From: Lingula anatina
Taxonomy: Eukaryota > Animalia > Brachiopoda
Assembly (NCBI GenBank): GCA_051362555.1
Contig: CM120647.1
Location: 12,872,651 to 12,936,650 of the forward strand
DNA: 64,000 nucleotides
Reading direction: 5' to 3'
Shown: positions 41,201 through 53,635 of the stretch, in pieces
Layout: every line of letters begins with the position of its first letter
Numbering within the stretch: position 1 is the first letter of the stretch
Notes under the pieces: generated by a model
Told to the model about the DNA's origin: nothing
Databases searched by the model: none
What the model saw: only the letters and a program-made list of their open reading frames with translations
Translations under genes and position numbers: made by a program

Positions 41201-42197
41201 GCAATGGTCGGTAGCTGGAATAAATAAACATGTATGTGACCACACGCCATTAGATTTCGTGATGCCTACATTTCGGGCTGATATCTTATTTCTAATCATT
41301 CACCTGGAGTGGATTAACAATTTTATGTATTTTCACCATATATATGCAGAGATATCTGTACAATATAATACCGAGTGTCTTCATTCGTTTAAGTACTATT
41401 GTTTGCTGAAACTAAACTTAAAACTCATGGGTGAGTTGCTTACATTTTTCTTCTTGGGTGTGCACAAGCAACCATACAACAGTAACAACCAGTCCAGCGC
41501 ATATGATTCCCACTAATACCAATGCTACTTGTAACCGTCTATTGACTTGTGCCTTTGGTGGCTGTGTAATCCTGATATTGGGATCAGTGGCATTGTTGCT
41601 TAGACAAGGGATCCTTAAACTCTCGTAAATATTAGATGTCTCCTCTGAAGCAAGATCAACACCCGACGGCGTTTCATATGCTGTGTTGAAATAAGCGGTG
41701 CTTTGGCTTTGAGGGGTGGTGAATAACCCGATTCCTAGAAATGATTTAACCATAATTTCATTACTGAACTGGTAACATACTCTTAAACTCGTAAAGGGGC
41801 AGTTTTTCATCCATCATCAGCTAATATTAAAATAGTTTTACTCTAACATACTTTCCCTATAACATAACACTGCTGATGGAATTATTCTAGCTGTGACGTA
41901 ACATAGAATGTTTTCATTATTCTACATGTAAGCAATACATGAAGTTTACAGCAAGGAAAAATATTTTATTCTTAGTGGTACTTTACAATCATCTTAAGTC
42001 GGGTTCAAGTCGAATTAAATTTGTTTAAGTGTGAAAACAATATACTTGTTTTCAAAGAGTATATGATACATGCGTTCCTCACAGGACAACAATTTTGCAA
42101 ATAGCTTAAATCGCATTTTTAAAAAATAAACTACAAATTTTCTCAAATCCATGATATGAAGCGTAACTTCCTGGTGGATACCTGCTCTGGCTGCCAT
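36051..42197 (-). CDS. G5: paralog of G3, type II EGF-SRCR receptor with two damaged EGF exons
   Basis: Exons: 42197-42182 (MAARA); 41734-41444 (YFNTAY...[34 protein letters not shown]); EGF 41214-41114 (101 nt, 13-nt deletion); 40603-40490 (donor GT>AT); 40292-40182 and 39915-39802 intact; SRCR 36391-36051 intact with 6 Cys. Confidence 0.8.
36500..39655 (+). mobile_element. Defective pogo/Tigger-like (CENP-B HTH) DNA transposon in the last intron of G5
   Basis: TIRs TAGACCCCGACCCCACATTATGGAACG / CGTTCCATAATCCGGGGTCGAGGTCTA, with sub-terminal ATTATGGAAC repeats. Transposase remnants [25 protein letters not shown] (37530-37615) and [19 protein letters not shown] (37690-37745). Confidence 0.8.
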
Positions 42198-42437
42198 GTG
42201 AAAACTCTTTGAAGTTGAAGAGCTGTGCTGAAATAGTTAAATGATATAGAGTCACATCTGGCACAATCGTCGCATTTTTGAAACGAAAAAAAATTAAATG
42301 AGCATTTTGCATCTGCAACACAATTCACGTTATCTTTGTCTAAATCACTAAAGCGGTTTGAAAAACATTTTATCATAGTTTGGCGTTTCTATGCGTTAAC
42401 ACTTTATTCCACGTGTTGGGAATCTCTACCATTAATT

Positions 42438-42439
<2 letters not shown>

Positions 42440-42483
<44 letters not shown>
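42440..42483. repeat. (ATT)n microsatellite
   Basis: Direct trinucleotide run. Confidence 0.9.
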
Positions 42484-43941
42484 CAACTGATAGCTGTTTC
42501 CCAAGGACACTGCCTCGGGGCACCCCAAAATATGTTGTGAAAGACTAAATAGTAAGCCATTTATCAAGCAGATTGCATTTCCTCGACAAGGCTGTTGGTG
42601 TTAAAGTGGTCAGACAATCTAGCAGCAATTATTCTTTCAATCACCTTTGGAAGAAATGAAAGATTTGATATAGATCTGTTATCAGCATAATGTAAGGATC
42701 CTTTTTTTTGTTTGTAAAGGTTAAACAATTCCAGATTTCAGCGCATCCGAAAAGCGATTATATATGATTGTATTTTTTTTCTTGGCCCTTAAATAAAATG
42801 CTTCAAATCAAACTCCGATGCTAAACACACAGCGTTATAAGCAAAACAAACCTGTTTGTAGCTCGACTAGGAAGGTAGACGTGGGTGATAGCGCTGCCCC
42901 AGATGAAATGGTGTGGATTTACTTTTCAGCAGCTGTGCCGAATTTGATGTTAATTTGATTTCTATTGTCCTAGTGGAAAGCTAGATAACGCCAAAGGACC
43001 TGATTTTTTTAATTAAAAACGCCATAAATTAACCATGAGCGATTTCTTTATATTGCTGACCCGTAAGTGAGCGTGTTATCTAATATCACTGCACATAAGC
43101 AATGGGACAGAATTAGAAAGCAAACTTTCTTATCGGTTTTGTGATTTGTACGAGGTCAAATTTGCATGCTGCAATAATACGTTTGTGGAACACGTTATTC
43201 ACCTGTTATCTCAATTATTTATCATGAGTTCTAGGTCCTTCTTGACTAAATACCTTCGTAGGGAATTTGTAACTATAAAGATAAGAGTTAATTCAACCAG
43301 TTATAAATGTTGGCAAATATTTTTCCTTTATAGCAAAGTTTGATAAATGCACAAAACAAACAAATAAAGAATGATGTATAAAATGTTTAATTGCGTAATT
43401 GCAGTATATTTAAAACTGTTTAAAAGTTTTTACTTCCTTTGAAAATTAGTTTGCTGTTGCTAGGTTAAAAGGTAAGGAGTGATGCTGAGTGAGAAGTCTC
43501 TCCATGATGCTATCAGTTCTTTTCTCGCCATTAGCATATCACTTACTTTAAGAGTCTACCTTAAACCATATAGATACATTCACGAGGTGCACTTTTCCTT
43601 TGATATCGCATCATAATAATTTGATATTAAGATTCACAACTTTAGTTTTTTTAATAAAGAAAACGTCACTTGCGAGCCCATCAATGTTATTTCAGGATGA
43701 AGATTGCCTTTTTCTTAAAAGTTTAACAAAGAAACGACTATATCGCTAAAATCGCTGTGATAAGAACAATCATTTTATCCACATTCAAGAACATTCATTA
43801 AAAAAAAAAAAAAAAAAAAAAACGTCAACATTTGAAACTTTAAAATTCGGTACACCAAAGCTGTGCAATTGTGAAATGAGATTACTTATCTATGGAAGCA
43901 TATAGATACATATTCAAAATCTGGAAAACATAATAATTGTA

Positions 43942-44130
43942 CTTACCAGTGCGTTTGCAAAGTGGTGTTTTCAAACAGCTTTTTTCTAATGTGACACTGT
44001 GCACGTTTGTTGACAACAACGCGTTCGCTCCCACGCTGAAGCTAAGCAGTATTACTTCTGGTTAACAAACGAGTACAGGAGAAAAAATATACGGCGGTTG
44101 TTTATTTTTCTAGAAAGGGGTTTTACTCCA
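43942..44130 (-). promoter_or_regulatory. Conserved upstream module of G5
   Basis: Donor at 43942-43946 and motifs as at 26066+. Confidence 0.45.
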
Positions 44131-45085
44131 AAATCGGAGCTACGTAGTCAGGTCCTGAATTTCTTTTCCCCTTTTTAAGAAAATTAGTACACCAGAAGCT
44201 TCCCGGGTGTAGGTCACAGCTTTTCTTTGGTAGAGAAAAAATTATCCCAACAGATTTCGGTAGTTGAGACGCATCGGTGTACAACTAAAGCAATGCATAT
44301 AACGGCGTGTGACGGAACTCAATCATTCTTTTCTGTGTGAGATGGTCCGCCTTTGCACCTATTTATTATCTAAATTTTCAGGATTTCCCCTCAATCACCC
44401 ATGAGTGATATATCTCACATCATCACCCAGGTATTCTATATCTCATATCGCGAAATATATTAATCAAAAATTCATTAAGATTACAGTAACAGTTACTTTT
44501 TTGTTACATAAGTGAATATTTAAAAGGGAAATGTATGAGGATAACAATAACATTATAATACTGATAATAATAGTACATATTTTATCTTATAAATAACACC
44601 CCGTCATTTCACATTTAAGTTACATAAAATATACAATTTACAAATCTTAAAATGCAATAATATGTCATAGTTAAATAACTACACCAGATAAATTAAAACT
44701 TCTAGGAAATCCATAACATTAAACATAAAAACTTTTAATTGCTGTTTTTAAACTTATTATCAGTAAATGAGTTTTGGGTAAACTGTTTATATCTCATTCC
44801 AGACAAAACCAAGTAAACTAAAGGGTATTTGGAGGAGCCCGAATGAGATACCATAAAGAAGAAAGGAGTTAAATAACGACGGGCTGGTCACATGCAATAT
44901 AACTCCGCTAGCCGTTTTTCATTCTGGCTTATCAGGAAAATTCTGAGGATTTAAATAAATTTTAACATATATGATGCGAAATAGAAAGGGCGATGACCGA
45001 TTGTGCTGTGGGTGAATATTAGAATAACAAGAAAATACCGCGAGGCTTAACTGTCCACCTTATTTATTCTGCTGTTACGTCACAC

Positions 45086-48000
45086 TATGGAACGCCATTC
45101 ACGCAAAAAATGCAGACGTCAATTCAACAATCTATCGGCACTATTTAACAACCAAAACCTACTTTAACTATCTAAACTTAATTCTACTAAATTAGTTTTG
45201 GTCATTTTAATCATTCGTCAAAATCTAACAATCAATAAACGATTCAAAAGTCAATTACCGCAACTCAACAATCAGTCACCGCAACTCAACAATCAGTTAT
45301 CGCAACTCAACAATCAGTTACAGCAACTCAACAATCAGTTACTGCAAACGGTCATTCGCGGACTTAACACCAGATGGCGTGGTGCCTCGATTTGAAACCA
45401 TTCAGCTTAAATTGTGTTTTTAATCTCCAAATACTTAAAAAAATCAATAAAGCTAATCGACAAGAACCTATTATATCGTATCTTTTATATTAATTATTAT
45501 TACATATCACAATAATAAACGAGTCGCCTTTTGATGTAGGCCTACGCGCCCGGCTATAACCTCTATTAAAAAATATCAATTTTTATGAGATTCGTATTGT
45601 TTGGTTCCATTGCCTCGCTTTCAAAAATTAGAACAGGCGCTCCAAAATCGTAAGACGAAGTTAAAATTTTTATATTGGCCGAGTTCGCCACCGACTAGAA
45701 TGCCTATACGTCCCCGCATCCGATACTCCCGCGCTTCTTTACATCACCGCACCAATACTCCACCGCACCGATACTCCCCCGCTTCTTTACATCCCCGCAT
45801 CGATACCCCCCCCCCCCCCCCCCCCCCCCCCCCACTGATACTCCCGCGTACCAATACTCCGCAAAAACACTACTCCCCAAAGCAAAGATTCCCTGGGCTT
45901 TGTAGACACAAATCGTGATTCAAAACCCTTTCTATTATGCTATTTTTTTCAAAGTTGCACAACCCTCTTGGGACACATAATTGACACATTTTATTCGAAA
46001 TATATTGGGGAAAATAAAGGGCGTTACTCGAAGTCGATCTCAGACTTTGCGTGCAGCTTAACAGTCCGTAGGCCTACAGCTATGCCTTGTAAATTTGAGA
46101 AATGTTTGTGCAAAATTAATATTGTTCTCCTACTGTAGTTACCGTATTTATATTATACGCCCTTTTATTTATTTACTTAAGGCAAAGTTAGTTTTAATCT
46201 AAGATGACGCAGCTATGTCTTTTCCTCAGGCAACGATGAATTTGTTTAATTATTAAATAATAAAAAAAGCAGTGCTAAAGCGCTTCGTTTTCTGTTATCT
46301 TCCTCCAACCTTCTTTTCTGCTCTTAAACTTCTTTCCCTTGTCTTTTGGAGGCATATTAGAATCTGAATTGAGCAAAATTCAAAATTTTTGAAAATTGTT
46401 GGACAACGAAATTGTAGAGACACGAGCATGCGTCGTGAGCACACCTTTTATTCTCGCAGTCCCGCCGTGTTTTCGACTTACTTCGTCATAGATGTGAGGG
46501 CGTGCGCCGTACTCAACACGCAAAGGGCACTTTCTCTTTCATTGCTTGCGACGTGCATCTTGGACCACGCAAGTCTCACTTGCAAACTCCTCGCAAACTC
46601 CTTGCGAAGGGAGCAAGTTATTTAAACAGCGAGGCCGCAAGCGTAACTTGAGATTATTTGTAGAATAAAGCGTAGCAAAGATTATTTGTAGAATCTATTG
46701 GTATCCTGCGTACGTGCTTACATACGTGCGAACTCGAAATTTCGCATAAAGGACTTGCGTGGCACGTGAGATTCTCCGCAAAATTTGGACTCAAACGGGT
46801 CGTAAGAGCCCGTGCGGCCGGTTGTGACCGAGACTAATGTGTTGTCGCCCAAGATTTTTTAGGAACTTTGCGGCTTCTTTTGTATAATACCGATGCTCAA
46901 TTGTAAGCAATTAAGATTTGTATGCACTGCGCAATAGCATAAAAACAACATCACCAAGGATCTCCCTGTGGCCATTTTTTTTTCACTTATCTCACCAATA
47001 TCCAAAGCGTTTTTCCATTTGAAAAAAGGATTTCTTATACAATGTAGGCCGTGCTTCCGAGTCGTTGACCAATTTCTCAAATCTATATGTGAAAAAGATC
47101 GATGCAAGGTGACAGACTCTCCCATGATAGACAGTCCGGTTCCCATCAATTTGCATATAGGTAATTCAGCCCCGCCCTAGATTTTGACCCACTTACGTCG
47201 ATTGACCCTAACCTGTAGCCTATAATTAAATGGATGGATGACTCTCCGTTACCCAGACCCTCAGTTTCGTGGAAATTGCATAGGGGGAGTAATAATGCGG
47301 GGAGTATCGTTGCAGGGGAGTAACGGTGCGCGTATAGGCCTAACGGCAATTCTAGAGGGGATTTATCGATGCGGGGATCTATCGGTGTGAGGTCGTATCG
47401 ACGTGCATAATGCAAAAATTTACTAAGGGGAAGTATCGGTGCGGGGGAGTATTAGTACGGGGGAGTTACGGTGCGGGGGAGTATTGGTGCGGGGGAGTAT
47501 CGGCATGACCCCCTAGAATATCCTCACAGCATTATCTGCAATTTTTAATGTATTTTGCAATATAATTTTCATTCCTCCCGATGGATAATTTTATTAATCA
47601 AGAGTGGGGGAGGGGTGGAAAATCCCCTTGGTGCCACATATAACACTATAAATGCGAAAGGAATTACCCTATTTGTGAAGAGAAAATAAATGTATTTGTT
47701 TATTTCAAACAGCGTACTTTTCGCGCATGCGCAGTAGTTTGAGACCTGTGCTATTCCGCATATTATTCGAGTAGGAACTACATGTGGTTCATTGCCATAT
47801 CTAATTTCAGTATGATGTGATTGAACGCAATCCTACTATTATATACTTAACTATATCATGACAATACGAACACGATGAACCACATGTACTCCCATAATAT
47901 GCGGAATTGAAAACATGGAAAAGGTCAAGGACGTTTCAGATCGCTGACGGTGCGCGCGCGCCATCTGGTGTTAAGTCCGCGAATGACCGTTTGCGATAAC

Positions 48001-48922
48001 TGATTGTTGAGTTACGGCAACTGATTGTTGAGTTGACGTCTGCATTTTTTGCGTGAATGGCGCACCATGCATTCGCGCCAATCACGCAAAAAATGCATTG
48101 TTGAGTTGCGGTAACTGACTTTTGAATCGTTTATTGACTGTTAGATTTTGACGAATGATTAAAATGACCACAACTAATTTAGTAGAATTAAGTTTAGATA
48201 GTTAAAGTAGGTTTTGGTTAAATAGTGCCGGTAGATTGTTGATTTGACGTCTGTATTTTTTGCGTGAATGGCGCACCATGCTTTCACGCCATTCACGCAA
48301 AAATACATTGATACATTGTTGAGTTGCAGTAACTGATTGTTGAGTTGCGGTGAGTGATTGTTGAGTTGCAGTAACTGATTGTTGATTTGCGGTGACTGAT
48401 TGTTGAGTTGCGGTGACTGATTGTTGAGTTGCAGTAACTGACTTTTGAATCGTTATTATTGATTGTTAGATTTTGATGAATGATTAAAATGACCACAACT
48501 AATTTAGTAGAATTAAGTTTAGATAGTTAAAGTAGGTTTTGGCTGTTAAATAGTGCCGATAGATTGTTGAATTGACGTCTGCATTTTTTGGGTGAATGGC
48601 GCTCCATACACCATGCTTTCATGCCATTCACGCAAAAATACATTGATACATTGTTGAGTTGTGGTGACTGATTGTTGAGTTGCGGTGACTGATTGTTGAG
48701 TTGCAGTAACTGATTGTTGAGTTGCGGTGACTGATTGTTGAGTTGCAGTAACTGACTTTTGAATCGTTATTATTGATTGTTAGATTTTGATGAATGATTA
48801 AAATGACCACAACTAATTTAGTAGAATTAAGTTTAGAAAGTTAAAGTAGGTTTTGGCTGTTAAATAGTGCCGATAGATTGTTGAATTGACGTCTGCACTT
48901 TTTGCGTGAATGGCGCTCCATA
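45086..48922. mobile_element. Non-autonomous IS3EU-like DNA transposon with long TIRs
   Basis: TATGG...CCATA termini; 6-bp TSD TCACAC at 45080-45085 and 48923-48928; ~300-bp TIR containing 21-bp GCAACTCAACAATCAGT.ACC repeats; right TIR triplicated; empty site at ~7790. Confidence 0.8.
45700..47512. mobile_element. Nested element with inverted arrays of 19-bp sub-terminal repeats
   Basis: CCGATACTCCCCCGCA-like repeats at 45710-45880 are inverted to TGCGGGGGAGTATCGG-like repeats at 47280-47505. Confidence 0.55.
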
Positions 48923-50337
48923 TCACACATATTGACGTAAGCTCGAATAGCTGTCACCTTGATTGGTTATTGAGTCTAAGAACTCTTGGTCTATCATGAA
49001 AAAACAACACCGGTTAAGTATTTTAAAAAATATTGAAAAATGTTGTTCACATAAAAATAATTATTGAACCTGTATCATAAGGTAATATTCAAAAGAGAAA
49101 TGGAATTAAGTCTAGAAAAATACGATAACAAGATAGCATATATTTATTATAACACTCCATTCTATATATTTCAATGCAATGGACAGTTATGTGCACTGTT
49201 TATTATATATTACCATGCTATACTAAAGTATGCATTCTCAACTAACCTTAACTAAAAACTACTGAAATTATAACACGATGCTAAAACAATACTTTTGTCA
49301 CTCCCCAGTATATACTGATGAACGCTTGGTTGTCTGGTTAATAAACTCCCCTTGATTGAATAGCACACTGGTCTAACATAATTAAAATGATATAATTCAA
49401 ACTATAATTTAATAAAATCGCCACTTAAATCCACTTTTGTTGATCACATACTTTAATATACATGTAGATTATTAAATTATCTGAAATTTCAAAATGTATT
49501 TAATGATCAAGTTATATTCTATACAAAATCGTGAAATATACATGCTAAAAGTAACAATTATTTTTATTTTAATTACCGCTAACTTCGTGTCATGCCTTAG
49601 TATAATTAAGTAAAAATCGGCAGCTATACCTTACATGTACAGGTATTTAACGCATTTTATAATATACATTATAAAGCACTTTATTGAAATATACAACATA
49701 CAATTTAAAAAATCCCACATTGCCATTATATGCAATACTAAAATTAAACAGTCCTTATTTAAAATTAAACACAAGCTATTAAAGTATCAATAAGAATATG
49801 AAAAGAATATGAAAAAAAGGTTAGTAAAACTTCGTAAAAGATAAAAATAGTCACAATCAGACAACAGGTATTCAATTTTTCATTTCAGGCAATGTAAACA
49901 AATGCTGTTAAGATTACACTTTTTGATAGGGAAGTATAGTGTGACAGGTTTGTTATTTTTGCTATGATTTGTGTTACGAAAGACTACTGCGTGACTAACG
50001 TTTTGTCTTGTGACTCGCCCTAAAATAAAGGGCAACCGTTTCCATATTTCAATAGTGCTAATATTAAAAAACGTAGAGTTTCAAGACTTGTTTGTAAATC
50101 CCAAATGAAAGAAATTTGTAAACAAATTTTAGAATTTTTTGCATAATCCCTCTTGTTTCTCATTGACTCTTTTTCCTTTTTGCTGCAGTCAAGATATCGA
50201 GCTTGGACTACATAAAGAAAAAATACACGATTGCGTGGATTTAAATGTTCTTATTATAATGTATCAAAATGGAGGAGACACAACTCGCACTGCATTATGA
50301 ACATCTGGCCATATGCACACTGCCTTAACTCAAATGT

Positions 50338-53300
50338 TCAAAGACAAATGACACCAGCATCCTCTGAGTGTTGACAGTTATGTGTGCCCCAAGGGCTATG
50401 GGAACAATATTCAATACTGTTTTCAGACCCAGTGCAGCCAACTTCATCTAGCCAAATCTGTCCAGTACCTTGCCCGGAAGGTGCTGACTGCAAAGCAAGT
50501 GCGTTGCTATAAGGTAGATTCAGAGACTTGCAAAAAACCTTGGCGTCCTTGTTATCCCAATTATCATTACATATAGTGCCCCACGTGCTACCATGATAAA
50601 TTTCGACACGGCCAGCATAGTTCCCATTAACCTTAAATCCTATAAGACGATACGGAGATTTTACCCAGTTAGATGGACTTTCTATACCTGCAAAACACGA
50701 CGCAACAGTGAAAGTCATTTTAATTATTTAAATCTTTCCTGCTTTCATCCCAAACCACTTTACTCGAATGCAAGCAAAACTGTACCATTACATAATAAAA
50801 AATTACAAAAAAATGAAGAAAGCAATATCTACCCATTTCACAATTCCTGCCAGTATACCCAGAGCGACAGATGCAAGAATACATCGAAGTTTGACTCCTA
50901 CATGTGGCCCTATTTTGGCACGGCTGGCTGCGACAGAGATCTTTTACTGTAACAAAATATTGAGTTTCTCATATCATGTTTAAAATTATTCTCATTAAAA
51001 ACATATTCCGTAATATTTCACAACGAGTTTACATAATGCTTCAGTTACATCCACCCTGTCTTTATCAGGCAGTTACGTATAGTGTTATACACATAAATAT
51101 ACAAGTATTACGACTTACCAGTACATACCCTCTATATCATTATCTGAAACAGGTTTGTTCAACGCTATATTTAATATAAAGGCTAAGGAAGAAAGTCAAA
51201 CCGTTACCTTGGCAGTTTGTCCCGTAGTACCCGGCAGAACACAAACATCTATAGGAATTCACCTGATCAATACACGCCCCACCATTCTGACAAGGATGGC
51301 TGGAACATTCACTGATTTCTAAAATTGTAAGAATTTGGCAAGTAAAAATTATGTCAGAAATAATTTATTTATTAAAGGAACAGCACAGCGTCCAATAATC
51401 GCAGGTTTCTGTTTTTGTCTTGTTACACGACCAGATATTGCGAATAAAATGACCTAATAAAATAAGCGTTCTAACGAAATTCTATTCCCCTAATAATTGT
51501 TCATCGGGTAACCCACCTAGCTGGCAATGAGTTCCGGTAAAACCAGGAGGGCAGTTGCAGTGAAAACCACCGTAGCTGTTTTTACAGGTGGCGCCCCTGG
51601 TACATGGATTGTTCAAGCATTCATTGATGTCTGTAAAGAAACAAAATAAATTTGCACCTAAGACTTTATGTTGCAGTTCATTCCAATAAAATCCCTTCGC
51701 CTTAGTTATGAAACGTCCCAGCAGGCATAGTTGCGTTGGATCGATCAACGTTGAAAACAGGTTGATACGTTGAAATGCCGTTGATCTACCTAAATTCAAG
51801 GTAAAATCAACGTTGATCCAGCCACGTTGACTCAACGTTGTATTTTGGTCAATGACACAACCTTGCAGTTATGGATTGTTATTTAAAATATCAATTATTG
51901 AAAATGTGATACTTTGTTTATCAATACTGTAACTAAATTTATCAAAATAATAACAAAACAGTTTAAAGGGGCCCGCACACGGTGAGCATTTGGCGCGCGC
52001 CACTTGAGCTGCGCCGTTTTCTCATCGTGTGCGGGGGTATTTTGGTGAGATTTTTGCCTCACGCGCGGCTGAGCAAAATTTCTCACGTGTTTGATTTTTT
52101 TGGTCTCTTGAGGCAAATGTCTCAGCGTGTGCGGGGTGCAAGCGCCGATTGCTCACGCCATGCTAACAATGCGCATGTGCCAGTAGCCGGAAACAAACAA
52201 AAATGGCAGCCCCCAGCGAAGTCAACAAAAATGTACACAGTTATAGTTAGTCTGATTGATTAACGTGGTCACCATTATCCATTACTATCAGAAAAAACAA
52301 CAATATGTACTGTTTCCTTAATCACATGATCCCACAGTTCGCGGTGCGTCCGATAGGGGCAGGCCGGGAGGCATCTCTGCTGAGCAAAGAGCGCATTGTT
52401 TGCGGGGAGCTGAGGAGCGCGAGCATCTGGCGCAGCGCAAGTGGCGCGCGCCGAATGCTCACCGTAAAAGTGACAGTTGTTTCGTGTGAATTTTCTTAAC
52501 TTGTTATTCAGAAATACATTCCAATAAACTGAACTCCTTGCAAGGTCAGCTAACACGAGGATGAATAAGTTGCTGTAAATGTGATGGAGTTAACAGTTCT
52601 TGGTAACCTGCTATTATAGATAGACCGGCTGAGGTGACTGTGACTTTGTTATATATATATGTTTAGAAGGTTGTAGTTATATATATATATAGAAGAAGAT
52701 AACTACAACCTGTTTTATATAAGAAAAGAACTGTATATATATTAATCTTAACCTTGAAAATTTTAACTTAAAGGCCATACATTTATACCCTACATATATT
52801 TAGCCATCAGAAATGTCCTACTGCTAAACACATCCGGGCTAATTTCCCGCTGGGTGGGGTTGATATAATATGGTTTTCTGACATTGATACAACGTTGTTA
52901 TCGGGGTTGACACAACTTTCAAATCCAACGTTTATCCAATGTCTTCTCAACGTTATGGTTCAACGTTGTTTCAACGTTAAAACAACATAATTTGCCCGCT
53001 GGGGTATGTTTCTTGACACGTACCTTTCCGTCAATGAGATTGATAAGATTAAAGTTTTTAATGTTTCGAAAGAAAGTCAACGAGAGCAGATCACGTGGTT
53101 CAGGTAAAGAGTACAAATTACAAATATAGAAATCCAAGGGATGTCAATCGTCAGTTTTTCTCTAAATAAGTTCAATATGTGAATCGTAATATTATAAGCA
53201 ATACGATCTGTACTTGAGCTTACCGGTTTCACACTTTGCGCCTTGGAAACCCGAAGTACAAGAACAACGAAACGAACCCACCAGGTTCACACACGAGGCG

Positions 53301-53619
53301 CCATTTGTGCATGGTTGACTCAGGCAGTAGTTGGCCACTTGGAAATATATATACATGATCAGATTCCGTTACAAAAATGTTATGACCTATATCCCAGAGA
53401 TCATAAATATTAATGTTTTGTGTATTGCCATGCTTGGAAAGTATGGAATTTAACTGCCATTTAAGATGTGAAAGTAAACCTATAAGATATTGGTGTAAAT
53501 CTTACTTGTTTCACAATTACTTCCGGTGTACCCATGGGGACAGCTGCAAGAATAGGTGATAGCATGACTCCTGCAAGTGGCACCATTTTGGCAAGGACGG
53601 CTGCGACAGGGATCCTCCT
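50338..53619 (-). CDS. G6: 3' part of a sixth paralog (at least 5 EGF plus SRCR); TM exon not in the window
   Basis: EGF exons 53619-53506, 53337-53224, 51630-51517, 51318-51208, 50946-50833; SRCR 50687-50338 (6 Cys, most divergent copy). All phase 1 with no lesions seen. Confidence 0.82.
51717..53003. mobile_element. CMC/EnSpm-like non-autonomous element in a G6 intron
   Basis: CCCAGC...GCTGGG termini; 2-bp TSD GT; many sub-terminal CAACGTTG palindromes; empty site GAAACGTATGTTTC in G3 at ~21505. An internal inverted pair at 51979/52465 suggests a nested MITE. Confidence 0.75.
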
Positions 53620-53635
53620 CTGTAATAAATAACAC

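Noticed and set aside
45198-48810. QLNNQL / CNSTISH heptad-repeat ORFs
   Set aside because: Translations of the 21-bp TIR sub-repeats of the IS3EU-like element.
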